NCBI RefSeq assembly: GCF_036588685.1
Contig: NC_086377.1
Coordinates: forward strand, 53,878,001-53,942,000
Direction: 5' to 3'
DNA from: Mytilus trossulus
Lineage: Eukaryota
DNA: 64,000 nucleotides
The notes beneath the pieces were generated by a model that had not been told where the DNA came from, searched no databases, and saw only the letters and a list, made by a program, of their open reading frames with translations. Numbering within the stretch: the first letter of the stretch is position 1; every line of letters begins with the position of its first letter. Shown here piece by piece: positions 12,670 through 25,380 of this stretch. The translations under genes were made by a program, and so were the position numbers.

Positions 12670-13912
12670 AACTAGAGGCTCTCAAGAGCCTGTGTCGCTC
12701 ACCTGTTACTGTATTTACTGATGTCTGTCATCTTGGTTGGTAGGTGGGGTCATTAGACACTTTTTTTAAATAGATATTATAGTGATGATTGTGGCTATGT
12801 TTAGTTTAATATGGCCCATAGTTTTAGAAAAGAAGATTTTTGTACAAGTTACAAAAATGACGAAAATTTGTTCAAAATTGACTATAAAGGGCAATAACTC
12901 CTTAAGGGGTACTCTTACAATTTTTATCTTGTTGACTTATTTGTAGATCCTACTTTGCTGAACAAAATTGCTGTTTACAGTTTATCTCTATCTATAATAG
13001 TATTCAAGATAATAACCAAAAACTGCAAAATTTCCTTAAAATTACCAATTTTAGGGCAGCAACCCAATAACGAGTTGTCAGATTCATCTGAAAATTTGCG
13101 AAGGGATAGATCTTATTCTGATGGACATTTAAATCTTGAAAGATTTGCCCTAAATGTCTTAGTTTTAAAGATATAAATCAAAAACTGCATTTTACCACTA
13201 TGTTCTAATTTTAGCCATGTCGGCCATTTTGTTTGGTAGGCGGTGTCATCAGACACATTTTTCAAACTATATACCACAATGATAATTATCGCCAAGTTTG
13301 GTTTAATTTGGCCATGTAGTTTCAGAGAAGAATATTTTTGTACAAGTTACAAAAACTGACGAAAATTTGTTAAAAATTGACTATAAAGGGCAATAACTCC
13401 TTAAGGGGTTGACTGACAATTTTGGTCATGTTGACTTATTTGTAGGTTTTATTTTGCTGAACATTATTGCTGTTTACAGTTTATCTCTATCTATAATAGT
13501 ATTCAAGATAATAACCAAAAACTGCAAAATTTCCTTAAAATAACCAATTCAGGGGCAGCAACCTAACAACGGGTTGTCCGATTCATCTGAAAATTCTAGG
13601 GCAGATAGATCTTGACCTGATTAACAATTTTACCCCATGTCAGATTTGCTCTAAATGTTTTGGTTTCAAAGATATTAGCCAAAATATACATTTTACCCCT
13701 GTGTTCTATTTTTAGCCATGGCGGCCATCTTGGTTGGATGGCCAGGTCACCGGACACATTTTTTAAACTAGATACCCCAAGGATGATTGTGGCCAAGTTT
13801 GGTAAAATTTGGCCCAGTAGTTTCAGAGGAGAAGATTTTTGTAAAAGTTTACGGACGACGGACGCCAAGTGATGAGAAAAGCTCACTTGACCTTTCAGGT
13901 CAGGTGAGCTAA
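12670..13912 (-). mobile_element. Helentron-type non-autonomous element (HINE/DINE/pearl-like) with ~500-bp internal tandem units
   Basis: GGCTC..GAGCC hairpin and GCTCACCT subTIR at one end; AGCTCAC..GTGAGCT stem-loop and (GACG)n microsatellite at the other; internal repeat at 12874 and 13373. Confidence 0.75.
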
Positions 13913-13919
13913 AAATGCC

Positions 13920-14530
13920 TTCTGACCTCTAGAATTTAGGTCATTGAGGGCACGTTTGGCGTTCAGCGGCGGCATACACTTTTTACATCATCCAAGATGG
14001 CCGCTTGCGGGGGACTTAGTTTTACATAGGACCTTATGGGAAATGCATACAAATGACTTCTTTAAAAACCACTATATGGAATGAAACCGAACATTGAATG
14101 AATGTTCCTGTTGAGGTGTTGACCAACATCTTTGTAGCGGATCCAACATCTACATTGTAAGATGGCCTCCATCGGGTGACTTGGTTTAACGTAGGACCCT
14201 ATTGGAAATACATACACGTTTTCTTTTAGAGAACCATGGAATGGAATGAACATTGAACGAATGTTCCTAATAAGATGCTTTAATACCAAGTGTTGTTCCT
14301 TTGGCGCCAATCCCACGTCCAACATGGCCACCACAGGGGGGGCCTTAGTTTAACATATGGGAAATACATACAAAAGTCTTCTAGAGAACCACTAAATTGA
14401 ATGAAACCAAACCTAGCATGAATGTTCATTCCCTAATCAGGTGCGGGCCAAGTGTTGTTAATGTGTAGCCTAATTTTATCTTTTTTTTATATTATTTCCA
14501 AAACCCAAGTAGAGTCAGGTGAGCGATACT
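13920..14530 (+). mobile_element. Second HINE-like element with three ~165-bp tandem units
   Basis: AAGATGGCC..CTTAGTTTAACATAGG..GGAATGAAACC repeated near 13995, 14160 and 14320; CAGGTGAGCGA subTIR at ~14516-14526. Confidence 0.55.
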
Positions 14531-14863
14531 AAATCGCAATAAGAATTTCTAAATTTAAATTTAATTTTTGGGGAATGAAATACATCTATATTCTTATGGA
14601 TTTTTACCAAATTTGCACAATTTTCAAATTTGTTAACAGTATATGTATCCATAATAAAAAAAAGATCTGGAAACTCCTTTTCTTAAGACAGATTATTATG
14701 TCTGACTCAATTTTTCTATATCTTTCTTGACTGATAAATAGTCTTAGTTTATGTGCATATGAATATGTTAATGGTTATTATGATTGTATTGCATGTGTCT
14801 TTCTTTTGCTTTGTATTTGTTTGGACATTTGATGTTCACATTTTTATTCTTTTACATTTACAG

Positions 14864-15095
14864 AAGGTAAATGTTGGCATTTGGGAAAGAAGATCTAATG
14901 AAGTTTATTACAGGGTGCTCAACTGTTCCTCCAGGGGGTTTTGATTGTTTTACATTAAACTTCACAAAAGATACATGTTACCCATCTGTTTCAGCATGTA
15001 TATTTGACCCAATACTTCCCCTTAATTTGACATTATTCCCAAAATTCAAGGAAGTTATGATGGAGTCCATCATTTCCGGCTCTGGAATGATTTGA
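14864..15095 (+). pseudogene. Orphan G2E3-like HECT E3 ligase C-lobe exon
   Basis: LMKFITGCSTVPPGGF..F..YPSVSAC..LP..FKEVMMESI matches the HECT C-terminus; preceded by a TTTACAG acceptor. Confidence 0.65.
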
Positions 15096-17514
15096 TGTGA
15101 TTTGATAATTTGTAGAAAATTATCAGACCTGAGGTTATTGAAAATCGAATCAGAAGACTTCCGAGAGGATGTATTTACTGGCTTCTTTTCTGAAGAACGA
15201 AGAGGCGATGGGCTCTATTAGACTTTGTACTGGACGAAGAAGATAACTTCTTGGATGCAGATGAAGAAAGATTATTTGAGAAGACCTTCAAATAGATGGG
15301 GCCGTTATAGAGGGAGTAGATTTTGCAGAGTGAGTAACATGTAGTATACATAAGTTTCTCAAACTACTGTCCATTGTACTTCAGGTTGTATGGGAGCTTA
15401 AATAGGATGAATTTGATCAGACTTTATCAAAACTTGGCATAAGGTTCTCTTATATTATTGAGGAATCGTCACCAAATATCAAAAATCAACAGCAAATATT
15501 GTTTTGCCGTAAGTTTTTATCAGATAAAATACAAAAAAAACCTTGTGGAAATTCCTTCAGAAAATGTCCGCGTTTTCTCCCCTTAAAATGTCAATTAAAA
15601 AAAAAATCAAGCACACATACTGAATGATATTCTATGTTTAAGAATATATCAAAATTGTGTAAACGAAATTAACATATTTATCCAACGCAGTCATAGGTTT
15701 GAAAGTAGTTTTCAATTTAGACTCGTATATCTATATAACAAGTCTAAAAGAATACAAGATCACCAAAAACACAATAAAACGAACAACATGTTGGATATTT
15801 CGGACAACAGATATCCTTCTTCGGTAATTGCACGATGAAAAATGAATCATGTCAATTCAAATTAAGACTCTATCAAAATCTTGATTTATACAATTTAAGC
15901 GAACGCTGGAACAATTTTAAAATTTTCAAACACACCGCAAAGACTACAAAAATATGCCAAAAAAAAAGTAATTTACGACGTGAACTGGCACAACTCTAAA
16001 TTCCCAAAGGTGTTGACAGTTGAGATGTAAAACAACTGCGTTGGAATACAGTCCCAATAAACAGTCCTGACCGATCTAAACTGGTATGATATTTAAAATA
16101 TGACAACGGTAGGGCAGTTGCATCAGAGACTGCGTATTTAAACATACCAAAAATATAGTAATTTGATGATAAGAAAATTAGAGTAATAATTTTTTACTAA
16201 GGTTAAGTAATAGAACGTGGCTGCGTACTTACACATTCTTGCCAACTGTAATCAAAATAATATAATTCAAAAATTCCTGAAAAGTGTAAGGGTCCAGTAC
16301 GGAAGTCGTAGTTACTGGCCACAAGTGATGCCAGGAAATTAGTGATGGTAGGAAAAATTAGTGACTCTTCTATGTTTTTTCATTAATGCCCTCTTGGGAA
16401 ACTGTCCTCCGCTTTCTTATCCAAAAACTTTCCCGAGCAAGTCTGTCGTCGGCCTTTGACCAATCCTCGTTGTGATCCATGATAGTGATTGTAAGTTTTT
16501 TAAGATCAGCTTGGGCGTGCCCATGTGATCTTAAATGACGACGTACAGGAAGGTCGGGCTTGCAGGCGCTACAATGATCCAGGGACTTATTATGTTGCTA
16601 AAACCGCATGATTTACGCACGATTCACACATGATTTACGCGCCTCATGCGTTTAAGAAAACATGCGATACACGCAAGCTTGAAACGTGTGAAAATCGCAT
16701 GTGAAGATCATGCGATTTACGCATGCTTCATATTTCGCATGATTCACGCATGACTTTCGCGTATATCATGCGTGGCACTTTAGCATGTGTAGAGAATATG
16801 TTTTTAATATATTGAAAAATGAATTGAGTAAAATAGATGATTATAAATTGCATGAAATGGTACCTAATTTAGACAAACGTTTTAATAACTTTATGTGCAG
16901 AAAAGATCAGTGTGTTATTACTAGATGTCGTATTTGTCATACTATAACACACGAGTATCTTCAAAAAAATGAAGATAACCACAATGTGTACCTTGCAACT
17001 GCTAACCTGTTTTAATTAATTTATTGACTTTGCTGATATTTGTAAAAAGCATTTCAATGTCAAAAATATGTGTATGATTTATTCAATAATGTTCCATTTA
17101 CAAATATTGTTGCATTTTTAAAAGAAATCGAAATTTATTATAGAATATATAAATGTTAATATTTAAGTCGTTTTTAATTTTTATCACGTTATCTTACTGT
17201 TGATTTTTATTTGTAAATCATCAATTTGCTTTAGTCTAGGAATTTAGTATATTGAAGGACTTTTTGTCTTATTTTAAAAATATGCTTTAGTTTGTAAAAT
17301 TATTCGAACTAGCTCTCGCCGCGAAATAGCCTTTTTGTGCCAATGCGGCGTAAAACAACCAACAATCAATATCAGTAAAAATTAATATCCAATACTGACA
17401 AGAATGTAAATGTACAAATATTGAGTAAATGCAAAAGACCTGGAGTCTGGAAACAGTTTGCCAATCATACCCAAAAGTGAAACACAAAACGGCCTTGTAT
17501 ATGAAGTGCCGGAA

Positions 17515-17760
17515 GGTTTTGCCTTGCAACAGGCCACCTACGGACCCCTCAAAGAGTTGTTGCGAGGGTTCTTAACGTGCAAAGAGCGTGGCAATCTCCT
17601 TACACGAGGCATCGGATTTAACGTCCCCCTTCTGACCGGACGTGACTGCGAACTTGATACATCCCGCACAGCCAAACGGACGCCCCACTTCGGCAAGCGT
17701 TTTACTGCCGGTCGGGAGAAGACCAAATGACCATATTTCTAAACCCCAGTCACCCTTGGG
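17515..17760 (-). mobile_element. Meta-domain SINE, 5' part
   Basis: Near-identical to 10570-10810. Confidence 0.85.
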
Positions 17761-18080
17761 GTGGAATAACGGAGAATGTTGCTGTACTAGCAAAAAATGT
17801 AATTAAATTGTCTTTCTTGAGAATAGATGGAGAAAAAACCACACGGTCATGTGGAAGTTAGCATCGAATAACAGGTGCTAATTCTTAAGAGCTATGCCAA
17901 AAATATATGCAACTGGCAAGATCCTGCTTAGTACAAAGCAAAGAAATTAAACAACTAATAACACAAGTAAAGGATTCGGAGGGCAGATTCAGCACCAAAA
18001 TCACCCTTTAAAAAATAAAGCAATAAGCAAACACGATTATTCAAATCTCAAAGAAGCAATAACAAGATGAGTCCCAAAAT

Positions 18081-18540
18081 ATGACAAACAAATCAGCAGG
18101 GGTAAAGAGAGCCTTAATAAATCTTATAAAAAGATGTCTTGAAAGCGATACAGTAGCAAATCAGAATATTGGCAGTAGTAACACTGAACTAAAGTATTTA
18201 ACACATACTGATTGCACTACATTTATACTTGAAATACAACAGTCTGGAGTTAAATCTATCGTCGAATTTCCTGGAACCAAATTCAAACTGTTTGCGTTAT
18301 CTGGGAAACAATACTTAAATTATATTTCTAACTTGGAGCGCATAACTATATGTAAGGAAAATATAGATTTACACCAAATGACTTCAAAGCCAAAACTAGA
18401 CAGAAACGTAAGCAGAAAGAGAGAAGGTCAAAATATCCCACATAAAAGAAGACCAAGAAATCGTGTTTTAATGTTTTTCGTTTTGACTTCCATATACCAG
18501 AAAGATTTTCCTCAAAATAGGTAATTTTTTTGAAAGACGT
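18081..18540 (+). pseudogene. Degraded fragment possibly from an Academ/XPG-like ORF
   Basis: Frameshifted ITIC.EKYRFTPNDFKAKTRQKRKQK resembles the 'FD.Y...K...R.RR' segment of the Academ PIN/XPG region (compare HIIFDHP..KDLERSRR in the 60750 ORF). Confidence 0.35.
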
Positions 18541-19972
18541 CATTGCTTGGTATTGAAGTCACGACCGTCAAGTTTGCACATTTTTGGCACACTAAATGCA
18601 TTTCTAAAATATACATAACACACAAATAAATACAATATTTTTTTTTTTAAATTTTAATTTAAAAATAAGACAGTGCAAAGTTCATCTCAGATTCATTCCG
18701 AATGAAAGAATCCCATCATGATTTAAACAAACTTGCTGCCAAACAATTTGTCAGAGAATGTGTATCAATATCAAATCAATGTCTTGAAGAAAGAGGAAAA
18801 AATATACATTAGTACTGTACAATTATTTTTTTCTCCTTATCCTTTTTGACGGATTTTGAAAAGGCTAGCAAGACTGTCAAAGCAAGTGCTGCTCCCGCGG
18901 TTCCAGCTCAGGTTAAGGTAATGTAAAAATAAAAATTCTTCCTACTACATGAGTAAAGGAGTAACAATATCAATACGGGTGCTCACGACAACGAATTTAT
19001 TATGTAACACACATTTTGTATATCGTGATTATGTTTGTACTCGGAGTTCGGTATTTTTGTGTTTTTACTTTTAATGATACAACATTATTGGAAAAGGAGA
19101 AAATCTTTCATGAATTACTGCTTTTTAATATTACCATTTTAGGGTTTTATAATTGTCTGTTCCAGAATTAAGCTGGTCATTGAAACATATATAATCATAA
19201 TATCCCTTCAAAAAGTTGAACTTATTTTGAATCTTGTAAGGAGTGTAACCAGTTACTTCAGTAAACACATCCTTCTTCGAGCCAGAGACAATTTTTAGTT
19301 TTATGAACTTTTTATTTGCTTTTCTTATACAACTTAATTTAAATATGTAAAGTCTTCTCGTAAAGGATAGACGGTTTTCAGTACTGGTGTAAAATTGCGC
19401 GCTAGAAATTCGCACAGGTAGACATAAAATTTATTTTGTCGTTCAAAGTATGGCGGCATACATACATGCAGAGTCACGTAAAGTAGATATAACAAAAACA
19501 GATAACAGTAAAAGTAATAATAATAAACAAAATAATTGTGTGATTCAAAGTATGACAGGATACATAACTACAGTTTCATGTCAAATGTTTATCATATAAA
19601 AAAGTCTTAACAGAGAAAGTAGTATTAATGAATAAAATAGTTTTGTCATTCACAGTATTCAAGATCAATATGCAAAAGTAATAATGGTAAATGAAATAAT
19701 TTTGTCGTTCAAAGTATGAGGTTTTACACAACCACAGTCTCTCCAAAAGAATATGTAACCAATATGACTTAACAGTACAAGTAATATTAATAAAGACAAA
19801 TAAAAGAATACTATAACACGTTATAGGGATGATAACCCAACGCCAGTACGCAAAATCTATACTTCAAGACCATAAAATATGTTGTCAATAAGAAACTCCA
19901 GCTTACTGATCACGTGTTCCTCTGTGTAGTATGTTTTACCCTTTTGTTTCTTATTAACAAAATATGCCTTAA

Positions 19973-21682
19973 GGTTCATCATAAGGAATTGAAAAATATG
20001 GCCGTGTTTACCCCTCAAAAATTACTATGAGTACAGACAAACTGGTACATCCAGGAAAGTTTAAAGGCATGGCAGGAACTAGATATATAAAAGTTATATG
20101 AAGTCTACGTTTCAGAAAATTAAAAACTTACCTGCATTTTGATGTGCATTTTTTTCCAGTCTGCAGAAGATAGCAAAATAAACAAACACCCGAGTTTCAT
20201 TTGATACGGTCCACTCAGTTACACAGTTTAAACCTGTTAAATCACCTATTGTCTTCAGGTGTCTATTGTCCATTTCAATCAATACTACTCACAACATTGA
20301 TTATATGAGGGGAGCTTCTCAATCGTTTTCACTACTTAGTTAATTGTTGCACCTTCTGCAGGAACGAAAAAAATGGATAGCAAAATCTAGAAAAGTTTAT
20401 AATTTTCTGAAACATAAAATGCATTTAAAATTTATATATCTAGTTCCTGTCACCCCTCAAAACTGTTCCAGGTGTATAGGTTAGTCTGTGCTCAGAGTAA
20501 AATTTGGAGTGTAAATGTAACAAAATATTTGTTCCGGCGTGACATTTGTTCCGCCGGAACAAATTTCATATGAAATATGTTCCACCGGAACTTATGTCAC
20601 AGAAAATATGTTCCAGCACTATAAAATTTGTTCCGGAACTAATTTTTTAAACAAGTGTGAAATAAGTTCCGGAACAAAGATTACAGCACCATGAGTTTTG
20701 TTCCAATACTAAAATTTAAAAAGAAAAGGTGAAATAAGTTCCTGTGATATTAATTTTGAACAAAGGTATTTTATAGAAATCAATGAAAATGTTCTACTCG
20801 AACCTATTTCACAGAAAATAAGTACTGTGCTTGCATGGGGTACATTTGCAATTGAATGCATGACTGTAGGATGGAGATAAGAAATAAAAGCGCTGATAAT
20901 GTATCATAGTTTGTATCTATGTTTTTGTCGTTTATGTGGTATTCGACCTCCTTGTTTCCTGTTGATCTGTCATGTATGGGTGTTCTTATCATACATGTAC
21001 TAAGCTATGTTCATTGCAGTTTTTAAAGAGTGTGTCTTTTGTTTCTTTGTCTTTTAAAATAATTGATCAGTCACTTTGTCCTTTTTTAAAAAGTAAAAAT
21101 GTTCATCTTTAACTGTGATATCTTTTTTTGGGGAATGACTTTTATTGTTATTTTTTATTCCTCTCTTTTCTGGTTCATAATTGTCATTTTTAGTATTATT
21201 AATTGAGTATGTTATTTAACTTTTGCTGAACTCCACATGATCCAAATTGGATGTTTACACTTTTTATTTATTACATTATCAATATACATGTTTTTATAAT
21301 GACTTTAAACTGACTGATGGCAAGTGCTCAGTATATAAGATAACTTGTTAAACCAGTGGAACATATTTTATAGACAAGGAACTTATTTCACCAGGTGAGG
21401 AACAAATCTCACAAATCCAGAACTTATTTCACCAGGTAAGGAACAAATCTTACAAACATGGAACTTATTTCACTTGGTAAGGAACAAATTTCACCAACCC
21501 AGAACAGGTAAAGTGTGGAACTTATTTCATATAGATGGAACAAATTATATAGAAATTGTCTGTGTAAAAAGTTCTCCCAGAACAAATTACCTGTGAAATT
21601 AGGTCCACTGGAACTTTTTTCACAGGAACAAATTTTGGCTCACATAAATACGGCCAGTTTAGCCAAAAGGTTACGATGAACC
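19973..21682. mobile_element. Kolobok-like MITE (~580 bp without its insert), TTAA TSD
   Basis: TTAA|GGTTCATCATAA ... TTACGATGAACC|TTAA; long imperfect inverted arms (19998-20125 versus 20400-20515 plus 21649-21655). Confidence 0.85.
20516..21644. mobile_element. Ginger-like non-autonomous element, TGT..ACA termini, TAAA TSD
   Basis: TAAA at 20512-20515 and 21645-21648; imperfect TIR TGTAACAAAATATTTGTTCC versus TGTGAGCCAAAATTTGTTCC; many GGAAC/GTTCC subterminal repeats. Confidence 0.75.
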
Positions 21683-21835
21683 TTAAGTGACAAATTTATA
21701 ACGTATGCTACCATTTTTATGATGAAAAGCATTGTGGATTATTTCTTTCAGGCGGTTTTTCAATTTCACATAGGGAATGGTTGTATACAAGGTTGAAAAA
21801 TCAAAAGTTTGGGTTTAAAAATATTTTTGATTTGA

Positions 21836-21879
21836 GCGTCACTGATGAGTCTTGTGTAGACGAAACGCGCGTCTGGCGT
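21836..21879 (+). ncRNA. Type I hammerhead ribozyme (minimal, palindromic stem III)
   Basis: GCGUCA-CUGAUGA-GUC(UUGUGUA)GAC-GAA-ACGCGCGU-C-UGGCGU: intact core, three stems, GUC cleavage triplet ending at 21873. Confidence 0.9.
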
Positions 21880-21918
21880 ACTAAATTATAATTCTGGTAA
21901 CTTTGATAACTATTTACA

Positions 21919-21980
21919 CCACTGGGTCGATGCCACTGCTGGTGGACGTTTCGTCTACGAGGGTATCATCAGCCCAGTAG
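21919..21980 (-). ncRNA. Hammerhead-like motif in opposite polarity (imperfect)
   Basis: Reverse complement reads CUACUGGG-CUGAUGA-UACCCUCGUAGAC-GAAA-CGUCCACCAGCAGUGGC-AUC-GA-CCCAGUGG. Core boxes and an 8-bp stem I are present; stem II pairs poorly. Confidence 0.5.
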
Positions 21981-22189
21981 TCAACACCGAATATCAATAA
22001 TGTGGTCATTTTTATAAATTTTCTGTATACAAAACTTTGAACTTTTTGAAAAACTAAGGATTTTCTTATCCCAGGCATAGATTACCTTAGCCGTATTTGG
22101 CACAACTTTTTGGAATTTTGAATCCTCAATGCTCTTCAACTTTGTACTTGTTTGGGTTTAAAAATATTTTGATAACTAGTAATAAAACT

Positions 22190-25100
22190 AATTTCAGAAA
22201 AAGACCGAGATTTAAAATTATCCAGAAATTCTTGAGGGTTTTAAAGAATCCACATATGGTAATGAAATAAAAGATTTAACGTCATCAAAAAACCGTTTAT
22301 GGATTAAATTAGATAAGAACTTTTTTGGCCTTGATAAAGATTTATTTGTCTGTGCCACTTACATCCCCCCACTAAATTCTCCCCATTATGATGATGACTT
22401 CTTGAAATTGGAGGCAGAAATTACCCAAGTGTCTGATAAAGGTAATGTTCTGGTAATTGGGGATTTGAATGCTCGAATTGCAAATCATGATGACTTTATT
22501 GCAGATGAAAATAAAATTCATAGCTCTCTACAAGATATACTTCCAGAGGACTATGTACAAGATTTTAATATAGATAGAAATTCTTTAGATAAATTTTTTA
22601 ATTCCCAAGGCCAGCAATTGATTGATCTCTGTATTGCCTCTCAGCTAAGAGTTTTGAACGGACGTTTTATTGGTGATATGCTGGGAAATATGACATGTTT
22701 TAAACCCAGTGGGTGTAGTACTGTTGACTATGCCTTGACCAGTGTGGACCTCATTAACTCTGTTAGTTTTTTTTCAAATATTAGAACCTTCATATGTATC
22801 TGATCATACTCAAATTGTAGTCTTTTTAAAAGGGTGTATATCCATGCAAAATATGAATATAGACAGAAAATATAGTGAGATAGATATGACATTTAAATGG
22901 GAGACTATTTCTAAGGAAAAATTATATACTGTTTTAGAAGAAAGCAGCACTAGAGATGAAATACTTGGTTATGAAAATACACCATTTGAAATAAATTGTT
23001 CTGGGGTTGAAATAGCAGAACAACAACTAAATAATATATTTAAAACATTAACCATGCGCTCATGTAAAATTATTAAATCCTTTCGTAAAAAGAAATTAAA
23101 AAAGAAAAAGCCATGGGAAGATAGAGAACTAGCTGATGTAAAGAAAACTGTATCAAATCTAGCCAAATTATTACGAATAAATCCTTATAACCTCAATTTA
23201 AGAAATAATTTCCTAGGTCACTGTAAACTGTGTAAAAAATTAATAAAAAGAAAGAAAAATCAATTTAAAAAGGAAATATTTAGTCAGCTTTCAGACCTTA
23301 GAGATACAGACCCTAAACAATATTGGAAATTATTAAAGTCATTAAAATATGAGAACACTAATAAAAAAATTGAGCTTCAAGCTGGTTTTCCAGAAATTAT
23401 TGATCATTTTAAGCATCAAGGAGAGTCTGTAAACTATGATAAAGAATTTAAAACTAAAATTGAAACCGATATATTAAATGAAACTGATGCACTTTTATTC
23501 AATGAGGTAACTGATAAACCTTTTACTATCAATGAAGTAAATAAATGTATACAAAAATTAAAAACTGGGAAAAGCTCTGGTCCAGACCAAATTTGTAATG
23601 AAATTATTAAATATAGTGGTGTTGTTACTTGTAAAGCTATTACTAAGCTTTTTAATTTAATTCTTGATTCTGGTAAATATCCATCAAACTGGAGAAAATC
23701 TTTTACCATACTTATTCATAAAGCTGGAGATAAGCTAGATATTAATAACTATAGGGGAATTTCCCTTCAAAATTGTATTGCTAAACTTTTCAGTGCTGTT
23801 ATTAATTCTAGAGTTGTAACTTACTATGAAGACAAGTTTTCAGTTCATCAATTTGGATTTAGAAATAATCATAGGACAGCAGATAGTATTTTTATTCTAA
23901 AAACTTTAATGATAAAATTTTGACAAAAAAGAAGAGTAAAATTTACTCTTGCTTTGTTGATTTGCGTCGTGCTTTTGACACTGTTTGGCATGCTGGTCTC
24001 TTATACAAATTAAAGAAGGATGATGTTGGAAAGAAAATATTTGAAGTAATTAAAGATATGTATAAGTGTTGTGAATCTTCAGTTAACAAAATCAGTTAGC
24101 TGAAGTTAAAGAGTATAATTTTCTTGGGAACATTATTGATAATAAAGGAAAATTTAAGAGATCTACACATGAACTATCCAAAAAAGCGCTTAAAGCGTTA
24201 TTTTCACTAAAAAAATATATGTCTAATTTTCATCATGTCCCTGTTGATTTATCATGTAAATTATTTGATTCACTTATTAAACCCATAATTTTATATAATA
24301 GCGAGATCTGGTTTATGGAAGATTATTACTCAATTTATAGAGCCATAAATAGAGCCACTTTGCATGGAACTAACTGTGATATTTTATCATTGACAGATAG
24401 ATTCAGCTTTGAGAAAGTGCATCATAAGTTTTGTAAAACTGTTCTTGGAATTAAAAAAACCTCATGTAATATAGCTGCAAAGTCTGAGTTAGGACGATTT
24501 CCACTTGACTCTTTTATTAAAACTCAAGTTTTATTATATTTTTGTCGAATAAACTGCCATGAAATAAACCCTCTTGTTAAAGAAGCTTTTGCAGTAAATA
24601 AGTCTATGTCTGAAGATGGAATATATACTTGGTACACTTTTGCCAAGCATATTTTTAAAGAATTTAATATTGATGAAGAACAATATGTTGATTCTGATAA
24701 ACCTTTTAAACTTATAAAAAATTCACTCACAAAAACTTTTAAATGTATAGTGAAGGAAAAGTATAATAACATCACTCTTCAAAAACTTTCAAATATTGAT
24801 AACAGTTCAAAACTTTACCTTTATAGTAAACTTAAAAATGAAATTAAATTTGAGGACTACCTGCACAATCTAAACAATTTTAATAGTCGTCAGCTTTTAA
24901 CAAAATTACGTGTAAGTGATCATAATTTGGAAATTGAATTAGGACGTTACAAAAAAATTCAAAGAGAACACAGACTGTGCAAAGTTTGTAAAATTTTAGA
25001 TGATGAGGGACACTTTTTCCTTCATTGCCAAATTAACAGTAATGTAAGACATTCCCTTATAAATGCAATTAAAACCCATTATCCTAACTTTAACCAGCTT

Positions 25101-25380
25101 GACTCAAACTCTAAACTTAAAACTATTCTAGATCCCAATAAAGATATTTTGTCTAGTGTTGTAGACTATATAAAGCAATCTATGGAATTGCGAAAATAAG
25201 GTCCACATTGGTCAATTATTATATACATCTATATATAGATATATGTTATTAATATCAACTTCACTTTTTAAAAAAACATTTATCATGTATAGTTATGTTT
25301 CTTGTCACTTGTGTATACATTGTACTCTGTTTGCATTTTAACCCGTCAGGGTTTCATGTTTTTTGCAATAAAGTTAATAC
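22190..25380 (+). mobile_element. 5'-truncated LINE (APE-RT-zinc finger; RTE-X or CR1/L2-group), frameshifted and internally deleted
   Basis: APE motifs GDLNAR, LNGR and STVDY. RT motifs GPDQI, YRGISL, QFGFR and FVDLRRAFDTV. C-terminal LEIELGRY..C..C..DEGHFFLHC. AATAAA near 25367. The QG and YADD region is missing at ~24085. Confidence 0.9.

Larger units (their letters stand above)
21807..22173 (+). mobile_element. Retrozyme-type repeat monomer (343-bp period) with terminal redundancy
   Basis: GTTTGGGTTTAAAAATATTTT repeated at 21807 and 22150; contains a hammerhead; related copy at 32958-33226. Confidence 0.75.

Noticed and set aside
13113-13886. Similar short ORFs at 13.1-13.9 kb and 56.2-57.0 kb
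   Set aside because: They are the non-coding tandem cores of HINE elements.
15790-15830. Hammerhead-like CCGAAGA-AGGA..TCC-GAAA on the minus strand
   Set aside because: Core is mutated and no stem I pairing is visible; at most a dead Penelope-type relic.
20520-21640. GTTCC/GGAAC repeats as CRISPR-like repeats
   Set aside because: Short, irregularly spaced, in both orientations and concentrated toward the ends of a TIR element.
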